Source: Abditibacteriaceae bacterium (GTDB lineage: Bacteria; Armatimonadota; Abditibacteriia; Abditibacteriales; Abditibacteriaceae). Taken from it: 64,000 nucleotides of DNA. A program made the position numbers and the translations under genes. The notes under the pieces were generated by a model, which saw nothing but the letters and a program-made list of their open reading frames with translations, was not told where the DNA came from and did not search any database. This document shows, one piece after another, positions 19,714 to 28,971 of this stretch (positions are counted from its first letter, which is position 1; each line of letters begins with the position of its first letter). The stretch lies in the NCBI GenBank assembly GCA_965277285.1, contig OZ255721.1:640001-704000 (forward strand), read 5' to 3'.

Positions 19714-19807
19714 GTAGGGGCGAGCCGGTGGCTCGCCCTGATGCAGTTTCTAACTCCCAGCGCACTTCAAATTTCCGGACGCGGGCGAGCCACCGGCTCG
19801 CCCCTAC
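19714..19807. repeat. GTAG-type REP doublet (REPIN-like)
   Basis: GTAGGGGCGAGCCGGTGGCTCGCCC ... GGGCGAGCCACCGGCTCGCCCCTAC, perfect 25-bp arms, each itself a hairpin. Confidence 0.88.
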
Positions 19808-19822
19808 AAGTGAATCGTTTGC

Positions 19823-21019
19823 CTACTTTGCCATCGGCAGCAAGCCTGGCGCATTGGCCGTCGGCGTACGAAACACTTTGTCTTTCAGAGCCAATGTCGA
19901 GATGCGACGCGCCACGCCACCGGCGATTTCACGATACGTATTGGAAACCGGATGGTGCGGATCTGCCGCGAAAATTGGCGTGCCGTTGTCGCCACCGTGC
20001 GTAATTTCGAGTACTCGAGGGACTTGTCCCAATAATGGCGCGTCGAATTCTTTGGCGGCGCGTTCGCCTCCACCGTGACCGAACAATTCGATGCGTTCGC
20101 CGCTTGGCGTCTCGAACCAGCTCATGTTTTCGACGATACCTAAAATCGGCACATTCAAGCCTTGCGACGCCATTTTGGTGAACATATGACCAGCGCGAAT
20201 CACGTCTTCGCCCGCCACGGCTTCAGGCGTTGTCACGATAACGGCGCCCGAAAGCGGCGCGCTTTGAATCAGCGTCAGTTGCGCGTCGCCGGTTCCAGGC
20301 GGCAGGTCGATGACGAGATAATCCAGTTCGCCCCACTGGACGGCGCCCAAAAACTGCTGAATCATTTTGCCGACCATTGGGCCGCGCCACACAATCGGAT
20401 TGCTTTTTTCGGTCAGGAAACCAATTGAAATCAATTTGATGCCGAAGCGTTCAATCGGCACAATGCGCTGCACGCCGGCTTCGTCATGCACGACTTGCGG
20501 CTGCTCGCCTTCGGGAACGCCCAGCATAATCGGAATACTGGGGCCGTAAACATCGGCGTCCATCAGGCCGACTTTGGCGCCGCTTTCGGCCAGTGCCAGC
20601 GCCAGATTGACGGCTGTCGTGCTTTTGCCAACGCCGCCCTTGCCACTGGCTACGGCAATCGCGTTTTGAATGCCAGGTATTAGATTGCGAATTTCGGGCG
20701 GACGCACCGCGCGCGTTTGCGCCGTCATTTCGACGGCCACGTTTTTCACGCCAGGCAGCGCTGATACAATGTCTTCGCACTGCTTCTTCATCTGGTCTTT
20801 AACGGGACAGGCGGGCGTCGTCAATTCGACTTTGAAGGCGACGTGACCATCGCAGGTGCGCACGTTTTGCACGAATCCCAGTTCGACAATGTTGCGCCCC
20901 AAATCGGGATCCATAACGGCTTTGAGGGCTTCCAAAACCGCGTCTTTCATCGTCGGGTCTTCGTTATTTTCAATTCGAGTACTCGAATCTTCGGTGTTTT
21001 CTTTCTTGCGTCCAAACAT
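19823..21019 (-). CDS. mrp: Mrp/NBP35 (ApbC) Fe-S carrier ATPase
   Basis: DPDLGRNIVELG, LTTPACP, VASGKGGVGKST, DADVYGPS, WRGPM, DLPPGTGD, GIVENMS. Confidence 0.95.
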   Translation of the reverse strand: MFGRKKENTEDSSTRIENNEDPTMKDAVLEALKAVMDPDLGRNIVELGFVQNVRTCDGHVAFKVELTTPACPVKDQMKKQCEDIVSALPGVKNVAVEMTAQTRAVRPPEIRNLIPGIQNAIAVASGKGGVGKSTTAVNLALALAESGAKVGLMDADVYGPSIPIMLGVPEGEQPQVVHDEAGVQRIVPIERFGIKLISIGFLTEKSNPIVWRGPMVGKMIQQFLGAVQWGELDYLVIDLPPGTGDAQLTLIQSAPLSGAVIVTTPEAVAGEDVIRAGHMFTKMASQGLNVPILGIVENMSWFETPSGERIELFGHGGGERAAKEFDAPLLGQVPRVLEITHGGDNGTPIFAADPHHPVSNTYREIAGGVARRISTLALKDKVFRTPTANAPGLLPMAK

Positions 21020-21059
21020 AATTTGTCCTCCACTTGTCGCAATTCATCTTAACAAAAGA

Positions 21060-21164
21060 GTTGAACCGCTAAGACGCCAAGAACGCCAAGAGCAGAAGAT
21101 AAGAGAAAAGAATAACAATTTCTTCTCCGTTTATTTATTCTCTTGGCGTTCTTGGCGGTTCAAC
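21060..21164. repeat. Inverted pair of 9-mer tandem units (AACGCCAAG family); half copy at 5761-5789
   Basis: GTTGAACCGCTAAGACGCCAAGAACGCCAAGA ... TCTTGGCGTTCTTGGCGGTTCAAC. Confidence 0.75.
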
Positions 21165-21166
21165 TT

Positions 21167-21940
21167 CTACGAGATAATTAAACGCAAGGCGGCGAGGACG
21201 GAAAACCACAGCAGCAAGGTCTCGAAGAGTTTTTGCGGGACGCGTTCGAGCAGCCATTTTCCGGCGAATATGCCCAGCGCGACAGCCGGAAAAAGCCATA
21301 AATCCCAGCGCAGCGAATCGAGATTGATTAAACCCATGTGCCAACTGAACGGCACTTTGAACCAGTTCATCAGGAAGAAAAACCAGGCGCCGGTTCCGAC
21401 GAACTCCATTTTCGGCAGGCCGCTGACCAGCAAATATAACGTCGCAATTGGGCCGGAACCGTTGGCCAGCATGGTCGCTACGCCGCAACTTAAACCCATC
21501 GAGTTGCTCCAAAGCGGATTGTGCGGCAAATGCGCGAACCAGCTTTCGCGCTTGCTGCGCAGCCACTGCAAGCCGCTGAGAAGCAGCACAAACCAGCCCA
21601 TGAACGGTTTGTAAGCCGCGTCGCTGACGTGCTGCATGATGAAATATCCCGCCACAATGCCGATCATCGTCGGCGGCACCAGACGGCGAACGTGCGTCCA
21701 ATCGGCGTGGCGGCGAAACATAAAAACTGCGAAGAAGTCGGCGAACAGCAACAAGGGCAAAACGAAACCCGTCGAAGCACGCGCTGGCATCAGCAGCGCC
21801 ATCACCAGAACGTAAGCCGTGGCGACGCCGTTGAAACCCGTTTTGGAAAGCCCCACGCCAAATGCCGCCAATATCGCTAAAATCCACGCAAAAGTCGTCC
21901 AATGTTCGGGTGCAGTTGGCGCCAAATGTAAGAAATTCAT
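21167..21940 (-). CDS. Sulfite exporter TauE/SafE family membrane protein
   Basis: VGLSKTGF.G, STG.VLPLL..AD, TMLAN..GP, FVGT.AWFF..MNWFKVPF; start uncertain (21940 or 21955). Confidence 0.85.
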   Translation of the reverse strand: MNFLHLAPTAPEHWTTFAWILAILAAFGVGLSKTGFNGVATAYVLVMALLMPARASTGFVLPLLLFADFFAVFMFRRHADWTHVRRLVPPTMIGIVAGYFIMQHVSDAAYKPFMGWFVLLLSGLQWLRSKRESWFAHLPHNPLWSNSMGLSCGVATMLANGSGPIATLYLLVSGLPKMEFVGTGAWFFFLMNWFKVPFSWHMGLINLDSLRWDLWLFPAVALGIFAGKWLLERVPQKLFETLLLWFSVLAALRLIIS

Positions 21941-21951
21941 GGAGAAAAGGG

Positions 21952-22077
21952 ACACGGACTACGTTCACGGGTTGAACGGATGAACACGGATTTTATTTCT
22001 ACAATCCGCATCAATCGAGTACTCGACTCTTCTTCCGCTCCGTGTTCATCCGTTCAACCCGTGTATGAAATCCGTGT
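21952..22077. repeat. Inverted 9-mer-unit repeat (AACACGGAT family) enclosing a palindrome copy
   Basis: CACGGGTTGAACGGATGAACACGGA ... TCCGTGTTCATCCGTTCAACCCGTG. Confidence 0.8.
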
Positions 22078-22839
22078 TCTCTCAATGGTGGAAGTTGTGG
22101 CAATATCGAGGACGTGAAGAACTTCGTGCAGTGAGGAAAGTTGCGTGACATCGTGTGCGTCGCCGGTTTCGCCAGACGCGATGTCACGCTCGTGGCGCAC
22201 AATCCACAAAGGTTGGAAACCGGCGGCGTGCGCAGGTCGCACGTCTTTTTCCCAATGATCGCCGATGTAAAAGCATTCGCACGGCGCAATCGTCGGATGC
22301 AAAGTGCGAATTTTGTTCAAGCCAAACTCGAAAAAACGCGCGTCCGGCTTTTCATATCCGGCTTGCGCCGATGAAACGATGAATTCAAAGAAATTGTCCA
22401 AACCGAGCGAGCGCAAAACTTGCGGCAACTGATAATCCCAGTTCGACAAAACGCCCATCGGAATGCCGCGCGTTTGCAATTCTTCCAGGACTTCGCGCGT
22501 TTCAGGAAAGGCGCGAAAGACAATCGCATCATCGAGTACTCGATAAGATGTTTGCGGTGAAAAATCCCACTGCAAATTTTCTTCGCGCAAGGCGTCCGCC
22601 AAAATCTGCGCGCATTCGTGGCGCAAGTCTTCCCACGCGCCAAATTGATGAGCGCGCAATGAATGCTTCATGTAATAGCGCATTTCGCGGTGCGCGGCGC
22701 GACGAATCGCGGGCAGGGGAATGGTTTTGCCCTGTTGCGCAAAGCCGCGTTGCAGGCGTCCATAAAAATCGTCGAGTTCGACCAGAGTGCCAAAGGCATC
22801 GAAAAGCAGGAAAGTCACGGCGCTCATTTTAACAATCAT
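22054..22839 (-). CDS. HAD-superfamily hydrolase
   Basis: FDAFGTL, VLSNWD, EKPD..FF, YIGDHWEKD. Confidence 0.9.
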   Translation of the reverse strand: MIVKMSAVTFLLFDAFGTLVELDDFYGRLQRGFAQQGKTIPLPAIRRAAHREMRYYMKHSLRAHQFGAWEDLRHECAQILADALREENLQWDFSPQTSYRVLDDAIVFRAFPETREVLEELQTRGIPMGVLSNWDYQLPQVLRSLGLDNFFEFIVSSAQAGYEKPDARFFEFGLNKIRTLHPTIAPCECFYIGDHWEKDVRPAHAAGFQPLWIVRHERDIASGETGDAHDVTQLSSLHEVLHVLDIATTSTIERTRISYTG

Positions 22840-22948
22840 TTAACTTTGTGCAGAACCCAGGTCGCGCGAAACGGGCATTGTCTTTGCTTGAAGCGCGCGC
22901 GTCTCCTCGTAGAACGCGAGAACAATTAGGACATCTGAGGTAAAAACG

Positions 22949-23437
22949 ATGGCTTTGAATTCGTTGCAGGAATTGTTGGTCGAAGAACTGAAAGACACGT
23001 ACGATTCGGAAACGCAGATCGTCAAAGCGTTGCCGAAAATGGCGAAAGCCGCCACATCGCCACAATTGAAAGCGGCCTTCGAGAAACATCTGGCCGAAAC
23101 GCAAAATCAGGTCAAGCGCCTGGAGAAAATCTTCGCGCAACTGGGCGAAAAGCCGACTGGAAACACCTGCGAAGCGACCGAAGGCCTGGTCAAAGAAGCC
23201 GAAGAACTGCTCAGCGAAGGCGCCACGCCCGAAGTTCTGGACGCCGGATTGATCGCCAGCGCGCAGAAAACCGAGCATTACGAAATCGCGTCCTATGGAA
23301 CGCTGCGCACCTGGGCGACCGAACTCGGTCACAACGACATCGCGGCTTTGCTCGAAGAAACGCTGAACGAAGAAAAGCTGACCGACGAGAACCTGACCGC
23401 GCTGGCCGAAAGCCGCATCAACACCAAAGCGGAATAA
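22949..23437 (+). CDS. Ferritin-like DUF892 (YciE/YciF) protein
   Basis: ELKD.YD.E.QI.KALPKMA, HL.ET..QV.RLE, AQK.EHYEIASYGTL, TL.EEK.TD. Confidence 0.95.
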   Translation: MALNSLQELLVEELKDTYDSETQIVKALPKMAKAATSPQLKAAFEKHLAETQNQVKRLEKIFAQLGEKPTGNTCEATEGLVKEAEELLSEGATPEVLDAGLIASAQKTEHYEIASYGTLRTWATELGHNDIAALLEETLNEEKLTDENLTALAESRINTKAE

Positions 23438-23452
23438 GTCACTCATAGACAT

Positions 23453-23488
23453 AAAGCGCCGCAATCGAGTACTCGATTGCGGCGCTTT
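23453..23488. terminator. Perfect 36-bp palindrome centred on TCGAGTACTCGA; probable bidirectional terminator
   Basis: AAAGCGCCGCAATCGAGT|ACTCGATTGCGGCGCTTT between convergent genes. Confidence 0.8.
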
Positions 23489-23501
23489 TGTTGTGTCAAC
23501 G

Positions 23502-24227
23502 CTATTTTTGAACGGCGAGCGCGCGCCCGATGTATTCAAACAGGCCTTTCATCTGGCTCATATCCAGCCCGCCGATGACGGGTTCCTCTTCATACATGGT
23601 CGAAAGCGATTGCCAGATTTCGGTGTTGCCGCCGGTGAATTCGTTCACCAGTTCCATCCAGCGGCGCGCTAACAACTGAACCGGTTCGGAGTCAGGCGCG
23701 CTGCCTTTTTCCATTTCGAGGCGAACTTTTTCCATCAATACGGGCCATTCGGCTTCGACTTCGCGCAGGCGGTCGGCGCCCAGAACTTGCGTGCGCGTTT
23801 CCAATTCGCGCACTTGTTGCGGTGTATAATACTTTTCCATACGGCTCATCTCCTCGATGATTTCCAGTAGCTCTTGCAGCGATTCGTTTCCCGCTTCGAT
23901 CCAGAGATGTACGGTCGTTTCCAAGCGCTCGCACAAGCGTTGTTGCGCCGCGATATGTTCTTTTAAGCGGGCGATGTGCAGTTGCATCGTTTGAAGGGAC
24001 GAAAAATTGTCCGCATTCAGGCAAAGGCGGATTTCGCTTAGCGAAAATCCCACATAACGTAGCGATTGAATTTGTCCCAGCCGCGCGATGTCCTGCGGCG
24101 TATAAAGCCGATACCCTTTTTCGCTGCGCTGAGACGGCGAAAGCAAAGCGATCTCATCATAATGACGCAGAGCGCGCACGGATATTCCGGTACGCCGCGC
24201 CAGTTCACCGATCTTCAATGTTTTCAC
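23502..24227 (-). CDS. MerR-family regulator with TipAS antibiotic-recognition domain (TipA/Mta-like)
   Basis: KIGELARRTGISVRALRHYDEIALLSPS.RS..GYRLY; C-terminal W..L......G..PDSE.VQ.LARRW..LV..FTGG. Confidence 0.92.
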   Translation of the reverse strand: MKTLKIGELARRTGISVRALRHYDEIALLSPSQRSEKGYRLYTPQDIARLGQIQSLRYVGFSLSEIRLCLNADNFSSLQTMQLHIARLKEHIAAQQRLCERLETTVHLWIEAGNESLQELLEIIEEMSRMEKYYTPQQVRELETRTQVLGADRLREVEAEWPVLMEKVRLEMEKGSAPDSEPVQLLARRWMELVNEFTGGNTEIWQSLSTMYEEEPVIGGLDMSQMKGLFEYIGRALAVQK

Positions 24228-24247
24228 GAAAATCCTCCTCGCTATTC

Positions 24248-24279
24248 AGCATAAAACCCTCACGCAGCGTCAAGGTCAA
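24248..24279 (-). promoter_or_regulatory. MerR-type promoter: TTGACC-20 nt-TATGCT with dyad operator
   Basis: Minus strand reads TTGACC TTGACGCTGCGTGAGGGTTT TATGCT; imperfect dyad CCTTGACGC-T-GCGTGAGGG. Confidence 0.8.
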
Positions 24280-24362
24280 GGGTCTAAAAAAACTTTGTGG
24301 GCGCGAATGTGGCGCCCGTTGCTTAACATTTTCTGCTTTCAATAACGTTATCCTTTGACATT

Positions 24363-27008
24363 ATGCGAAAACGCAAAATTTCTGCCTCATCCTCCAAAAC
24401 TCTCTCCAAATCTGCGGCGAACAAAGCGCCGAAAATCGTGCGCGATCTGGACAAGCCCGCATTCTTCATCAACCGCGAATTGTCGTGGCTCGAGTTCAAT
24501 CATCGAGTACTCGAAGAAGCGCAAAATCCCGATAATCCGGTTCTGGAACGCTTGAAGTTCCTGACCATTGTGTCGTCCAACCTCGATGAATTTTTCGAGA
24601 TTCGCGTGGCGGGTTTGCAGCAGGCCGCCGAAGCGCAACCCGGCCAATGCGGCCCCGATGGAATGACGCCGGACGAAGTTTTGGGAGCGATCAGCGAGCG
24701 CGTTTGCGACATGGTGAGCGCGCAATACAAATGCTACCGCGAAGAAGTCGCGCCGCTTTTGGCGCAAGCCGGAATCGATTTACATACCGTCGCCGAACTG
24801 GATTCTAAGGGACGCAACTGGGCGAAAAAGTATTTTCAAGACGAAGTTTTTCCGGTTCTGACACCTTTGGCGATTGATCCGGCGCACCCATTTCCCCAAC
24901 TTCTCAACAAGAGTTTGAACCTTGCGGTCGTATTGTCGATTCCCGATACGCCCAATGAAATGGATGGTTTGCGCAACGATGACGAACACGAAGACACGCG
25001 TTTTGGTGTGGTTCAGGTGCCGCGCGTTTTGCCGCGATTGATTGCGCTTCCGCCCGAAGTGTCGCCGTCGGGACGCCGCGTTTATGTGTTTTTGTCGAGT
25101 CTGATTGGCGAGTTCATCGGCGATTTGTTTCCTGGCTTGGAAGTCGACGGTTGCTATGCGTTTCGCGTCACGCGCAATTCGGAATTGTATCTGGACGAAG
25201 ACGAAGCCGACAATTTGCTGGAAGCGATGCGCGAGCAGTTGCAACGCCGTCGCAAAGGCGATGCGGTGCGCCTGGAAGTGCAGCGCGGCTGCGACCCGGC
25301 GGTTGTCGAAATGTTGCTGCATACGTTTGAATTGGAGCCGATGGACTTGTATGAAGTGGATGGGCCGGTCAATTTGCCGCGCCTGATGGCGGTTTATTCC
25401 GGTGAGAAGCGCCCCGATTTAAAAGACGCGACTTTTGTCACCGCCAAGCCGCGTGCCCTGCGCGATGTCGAATCGCCGGACGAGTTTTTCCAGGCGTTGC
25501 GCGAAGACGATATTTTGCTGCATCATCCGTATGACAGTTTCAAAAGCGTCGTCGATTTCGTGCAAATGGCCGCCGAAGACCCGCAGGTTTTAGCGATCAA
25601 GCAAACGTTGTATCGCACCTCGGGCGATTCGCCGATTGTGCGCGCCCTGATGAAAGCGGCGGAAAACGGCAAGCAGGTCACGGCTCTGGTCGAACTCAAA
25701 GCGCGCTTCGATGAGGAAAACAACATTCAGTGGGCGCGCCGCATGGAAGAAGCCGGAGTTCACGTTTTATATGGACTTGTCGGCCTCAAAACGCACTGCA
25801 AAGTCGCGCTCGTGGTGCGCCGCGAAGGTTCGCAAATTCGGCGCTATGTTCATCTGGGAACCGGAAATTACAACCCGACGACGGCCAGACTTTATACCGA
25901 TGTTGGCTTGCTGTCGTCGCGTCCCGAATTGGGCAACGATGCGGCTAAGATTTTTAATTTGCTGACTGGCATGAGCCAGTTTCCCGGATTGGATAAGTTG
26001 CGCATGGCGCCGTTTGGTTTGCACACCGAGTTCGAGCGTTTAATCGACCGCGAAACCGCGCACGCCAAGCGTTTGTCGCGCGCATCGAGTACTCGAAGTG
26101 CGAAAACTCAAAGCTCAAAACTCAAAATCGAGAACTCCGCACCGCCGCGCATCATCGCCAAAATGAACTCGCTGGTCGACCCTGAAATCATCAAAGCGTT
26201 GTATCGCGCCAGTCAAGCGGGCGTGCAAATCGATTTGATTGTGCGCGGCATTTGCTGCTTGCGCCCGGGCGTTTCGGGCGTCAGCGAAAACATTCGCGTG
26301 CATTCGATTGTGGATCGTTTTCTGGAACATTCGCGCGTTTATTTGTTCGCCAACAACGGACAGGAAGAAATTTTGTGCGGCTCGGCGGATTGGATGCCAC
26401 GCAACTTTTTCCGCCGCATCGAAGTTGTTTTTCCCATCGAATCTCCGCAGTTAAAAGAACGTTTGCGCAACGAAGTGTTGGGCATCGCGCTGGCCGATAA
26501 CGTGAAATCGCGCTTGATGCAGCCGGACGGAAGCTACATTTTGCCGCATCGCAAGGCGCATGAGGAAGCGTTGCGTTCGCAAACCTGGCTGCTGGCGAAC
26601 GCGCAACATCCGCATCGCCACGAGGCCCATTTCGCCGAAGGTCAGGCGACGCAAGCGACGAACAATGCGCAGTCGAGTACTCAATCATCGCTGCCGTCCA
26701 TCTTTGCGATGACGCCGCGCCAAGCGCCGCAACCGATTGCGAGTTCGGGCGATGCGCGCTCTGGGACTGAAGACGATCCGGTTTTGCGCGCGCTGGAAAA
26801 CGAACCGACCAACCGCGAAGATGTGCTGGGCGAAGTCGAGCGACACACCACAACTGTGGTCAGCGAAGAAGCCGTCACGATTGAAGAAGCCTTGTTGCGC
26901 GAACGCAAAATCCTCGAAAAAGCGGCGCACGCGCCCGGGGAAGTTGACGCCGCCGAGCCAAAACCCGTAAAATCGCTGCAACACAAAACACGACGGCAGA
27001 AGAAATGA
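24363..27008 (+). CDS. ppk1: Polyphosphate kinase 1
   Basis: NRELSWLEFN.RVL, SNLDEFFEIRVAG, HPFP, LHHPY, ELKARFDEENN, KTHCK, GTGNYN, RFLEHSR, SADWMPRN. Confidence 0.97.
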   Translation: MRKRKISASSSKTLSKSAANKAPKIVRDLDKPAFFINRELSWLEFNHRVLEEAQNPDNPVLERLKFLTIVSSNLDEFFEIRVAGLQQAAEAQPGQCGPDGMTPDEVLGAISERVCDMVSAQYKCYREEVAPLLAQAGIDLHTVAELDSKGRNWAKKYFQDEVFPVLTPLAIDPAHPFPQLLNKSLNLAVVLSIPDTPNEMDGLRNDDEHEDTRFGVVQVPRVLPRLIALPPEVSPSGRRVYVFLSSLIGEFIGDLFPGLEVDGCYAFRVTRNSELYLDEDEADNLLEAMREQLQRRRKGDAVRLEVQRGCDPAVVEMLLHTFELEPMDLYEVDGPVNLPRLMAVYSGEKRPDLKDATFVTAKPRALRDVESPDEFFQALREDDILLHHPYDSFKSVVDFVQMAAEDPQVLAIKQTLYRTSGDSPIVRALMKAAENGKQVTALVELKARFDEENNIQWARRMEEAGVHVLYGLVGLKTHCKVALVVRREGSQIRRYVHLGTGNYNPTTARLYTDVGLLSSRPELGNDAAKIFNLLTGMSQFPGLDKLRMAPFGLHTEFERLIDRETAHAKRLSRASSTRSAKTQSSKLKIENSAPPRIIAKMNSLVDPEIIKALYRASQAGVQIDLIVRGICCLRPGVSGVSENIRVHSIVDRFLEHSRVYLFANNGQEEILCGSADWMPRNFFRRIEVVFPIESPQLKERLRNEVLGIALADNVKSRLMQPDGSYILPHRKAHEEALRSQTWLLANAQHPHRHEAHFAEGQATQATNNAQSSTQSSLPSIFAMTPRQAPQPIASSGDARSGTEDDPVLRALENEPTNREDVLGEVERHTTTVVSEEAVTIEEALLRERKILEKAAHAPGEVDAAEPKPVKSLQHKTRRQKK

Positions 27009-27109
27009 TGAATGATGAATACGGAATGATGAATGCGCTTCAAACGTTGCATCCACGCAATCGAGTACTCGAACCGTCGCTCGGATTCATCATTCCGTAT
27101 TCATCATTT
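27003..27109. repeat. Inverted heptamer array (AATGATG) enclosing a palindrome copy
   Basis: AATGATGAATGATGAATACGGAATGATGAAT ... ATTCATCATTCCGTATTCATCATT. Confidence 0.8.
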
Positions 27110-27129
27110 TGAAAAAGGAACTTTTCGAT

Positions 27130-28200
27130 ATGGCAAATCATTATGTGGCGGTGGATGTCGGCGGCACCAAGATTTTGGCGGCGGTGGTTTCCGACAGTGG
27201 AAAAATTGTCGTGCGTCAAAAAGAAAAAACCGACCGTCGCTCGAAAAAGCGCTTGATCGAGCAAGTTCAGGAAACGATTTCGGGCGTCATCAAAACTTCG
27301 GGATTGCAAAAAGAACAGATTTCCGGCCTGGCGATGGGCGTTCCTGGCGTCGTCGAATCGCAAACTGGCCACGTTGTTCTGACGCCGAATGCGCCTTTGA
27401 CCGATACGCCGCTGGGACAAATCATGCGCGATGCGTTTGGCTTTCCGACGCGCATTGGCAACGACGCGAACCTGGGCGTTCTGGGCGAGCAATGGCGCGG
27501 CGCGGGACGGCGCATGAATTCCGCGTTCGGCATTTTCGTTGGAACCGGCATCGGCGGCGGCCTCATTTTAGACGGCAAATTGATCGAAGGTTTTCGCGGT
27601 CTGGCGGGCGAAATCGGACATTTCATGATTCCGCTGGGCGCTGATGAAATCGCCGGAATGTTGACGCGCAAGCACTCGTTTTTGGAAGAATTGTGTTCGC
27701 GCACTGCGATTGAAAACCAGCTACGCCACGCGATTTTGAAGAAAGGCGAAAAATCGGTGTTGACCGACATCATTGATGATCCACAACTGGAGCGCATTCG
27801 TTCGGGCGCCTTGAACACGGCGCTCAAGCGCAAAGACCCTTTGGTGACGGATGTAATGCGCCGCGCCAGTTATTTGTTGGGTTTGGCAACTGCCAGCGTT
27901 TTGCACGTCGTTGACCCCGAAGTGATTATTTTCGGCGGCGGCGTCATCGAAGCGTGCGGCGATTTCATGCTGCCCTTGATTGAAAAAACCGCTATGAAAG
28001 TCGCCATGCCAGGAACCGGTAAAAAACTGCAAATCGTGCGTTCGGCTTTGGGCGACGACGCGATTTTGCTGGGCGGCGTCGCACTTTTGAAGCAAGGCGA
28101 TCCTTCAGTTTTAACGCCCACTTCGCGCCCACATTCGCCCGCTACGCAACGCCCGAAAGCGCAAGTCGATAAGCCGTTGCCAGCCGAAGATGAGGCTTGA
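27130..28200 (+). CDS. ROK-family sugar kinase
   Basis: AVDVGGTK, GVPG, NDAN...LGE, FVGTGIGGG, AGEIGH, FGGGV. Confidence 0.92.
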   Translation: MANHYVAVDVGGTKILAAVVSDSGKIVVRQKEKTDRRSKKRLIEQVQETISGVIKTSGLQKEQISGLAMGVPGVVESQTGHVVLTPNAPLTDTPLGQIMRDAFGFPTRIGNDANLGVLGEQWRGAGRRMNSAFGIFVGTGIGGGLILDGKLIEGFRGLAGEIGHFMIPLGADEIAGMLTRKHSFLEELCSRTAIENQLRHAILKKGEKSVLTDIIDDPQLERIRSGALNTALKRKDPLVTDVMRRASYLLGLATASVLHVVDPEVIIFGGGVIEACGDFMLPLIEKTAMKVAMPGTGKKLQIVRSALGDDAILLGGVALLKQGDPSVLTPTSRPHSPATQRPKAQVDKPLPAEDEA

Positions 28201-28282
28201 TAGCAGGTGGTGCGAGTTGTAGCTGCCCTGCGAGTGAACTCGCGGGCAATGGCAACCCGCACCACTGGTTTGATATCAGGTC

Positions 28283-28345
28283 ACGAACTCAGAGCGTAAG
28301 CGAGTCGAAGTCAGTGAAGACCCGTCGCTTACGCTCTGGGTTCGT
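28283..28345. repeat. REP doublet, ACGAACCC..AGCGT.AGCG family (copy 1)
   Basis: ACGAACTCAGAGCGTAAGCGA ... TCGCTTACGCTCTGGGTTCGT. Confidence 0.8.
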
Positions 28346-28359
28346 TTCGAGTACTCGAT

Positions 28360-28971
28360 TTGAACACACTTCTTCAATACCTTCACGAACACGCGCTGGA
28401 ACTTTTTGGCGTAGCAACTGGCTTGTGGTCGGTGTGGCTGACCGTGCGCGAAAATATTTGGTTGTGGCCGATTGGCATCGTGTCGTGCATCGCTTATGGC
28501 GTGTTGTTTTGGCAAATTAAATTGTACGCTGATATGGGTTTGCAGGTTTTCTTCATCGCCGCCAGCGTTTACGGCTGGTATTGGTGGCTGCATGGCGGAA
28601 GCAATCAAACTGAAGCGCCAATTTCGCGTTTATCGTTGCAAAGTGTCGTTGGCCTGACTTTCATCACCGTTCTGGCAATTGTTATCGTCGGTTATTTTTT
28701 CAAGACTCATACCGATGCGCACTTGCCGTTCTGGGACGCGACGGCCAGCGGCGCCAGCGTCACGGCGCAATTGCTTTTGATGCGCAAAAAGATTGAAAAC
28801 TGGCCGTTGTGGATCGCTATTGACGTGCTTTACGTCGGCATTTACATCTATAAACAGGTTTATCCGACGGCGGCGCTGTATGTCGTCTTCCTGATTTTGG
28901 CCGCGCTGGGCTGGAGTGAATGGAACAAAACGCTGAAAAATCAAACGCTTCAATTGCCAATCACGGTTTAG
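28360..28971 (+). CDS. pnuC: Nicotinamide riboside transporter
   Basis: ENIWLWPIG, LYAD..LQ.FF....YGW..W, PFWDA, K.IENW.LW..ID; adjacent to nadR. Confidence 0.92.
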   Translation: MNTLLQYLHEHALELFGVATGLWSVWLTVRENIWLWPIGIVSCIAYGVLFWQIKLYADMGLQVFFIAASVYGWYWWLHGGSNQTEAPISRLSLQSVVGLTFITVLAIVIVGYFFKTHTDAHLPFWDATASGASVTAQLLLMRKKIENWPLWIAIDVLYVGIYIYKQVYPTAALYVVFLILAALGWSEWNKTLKNQTLQLPITV

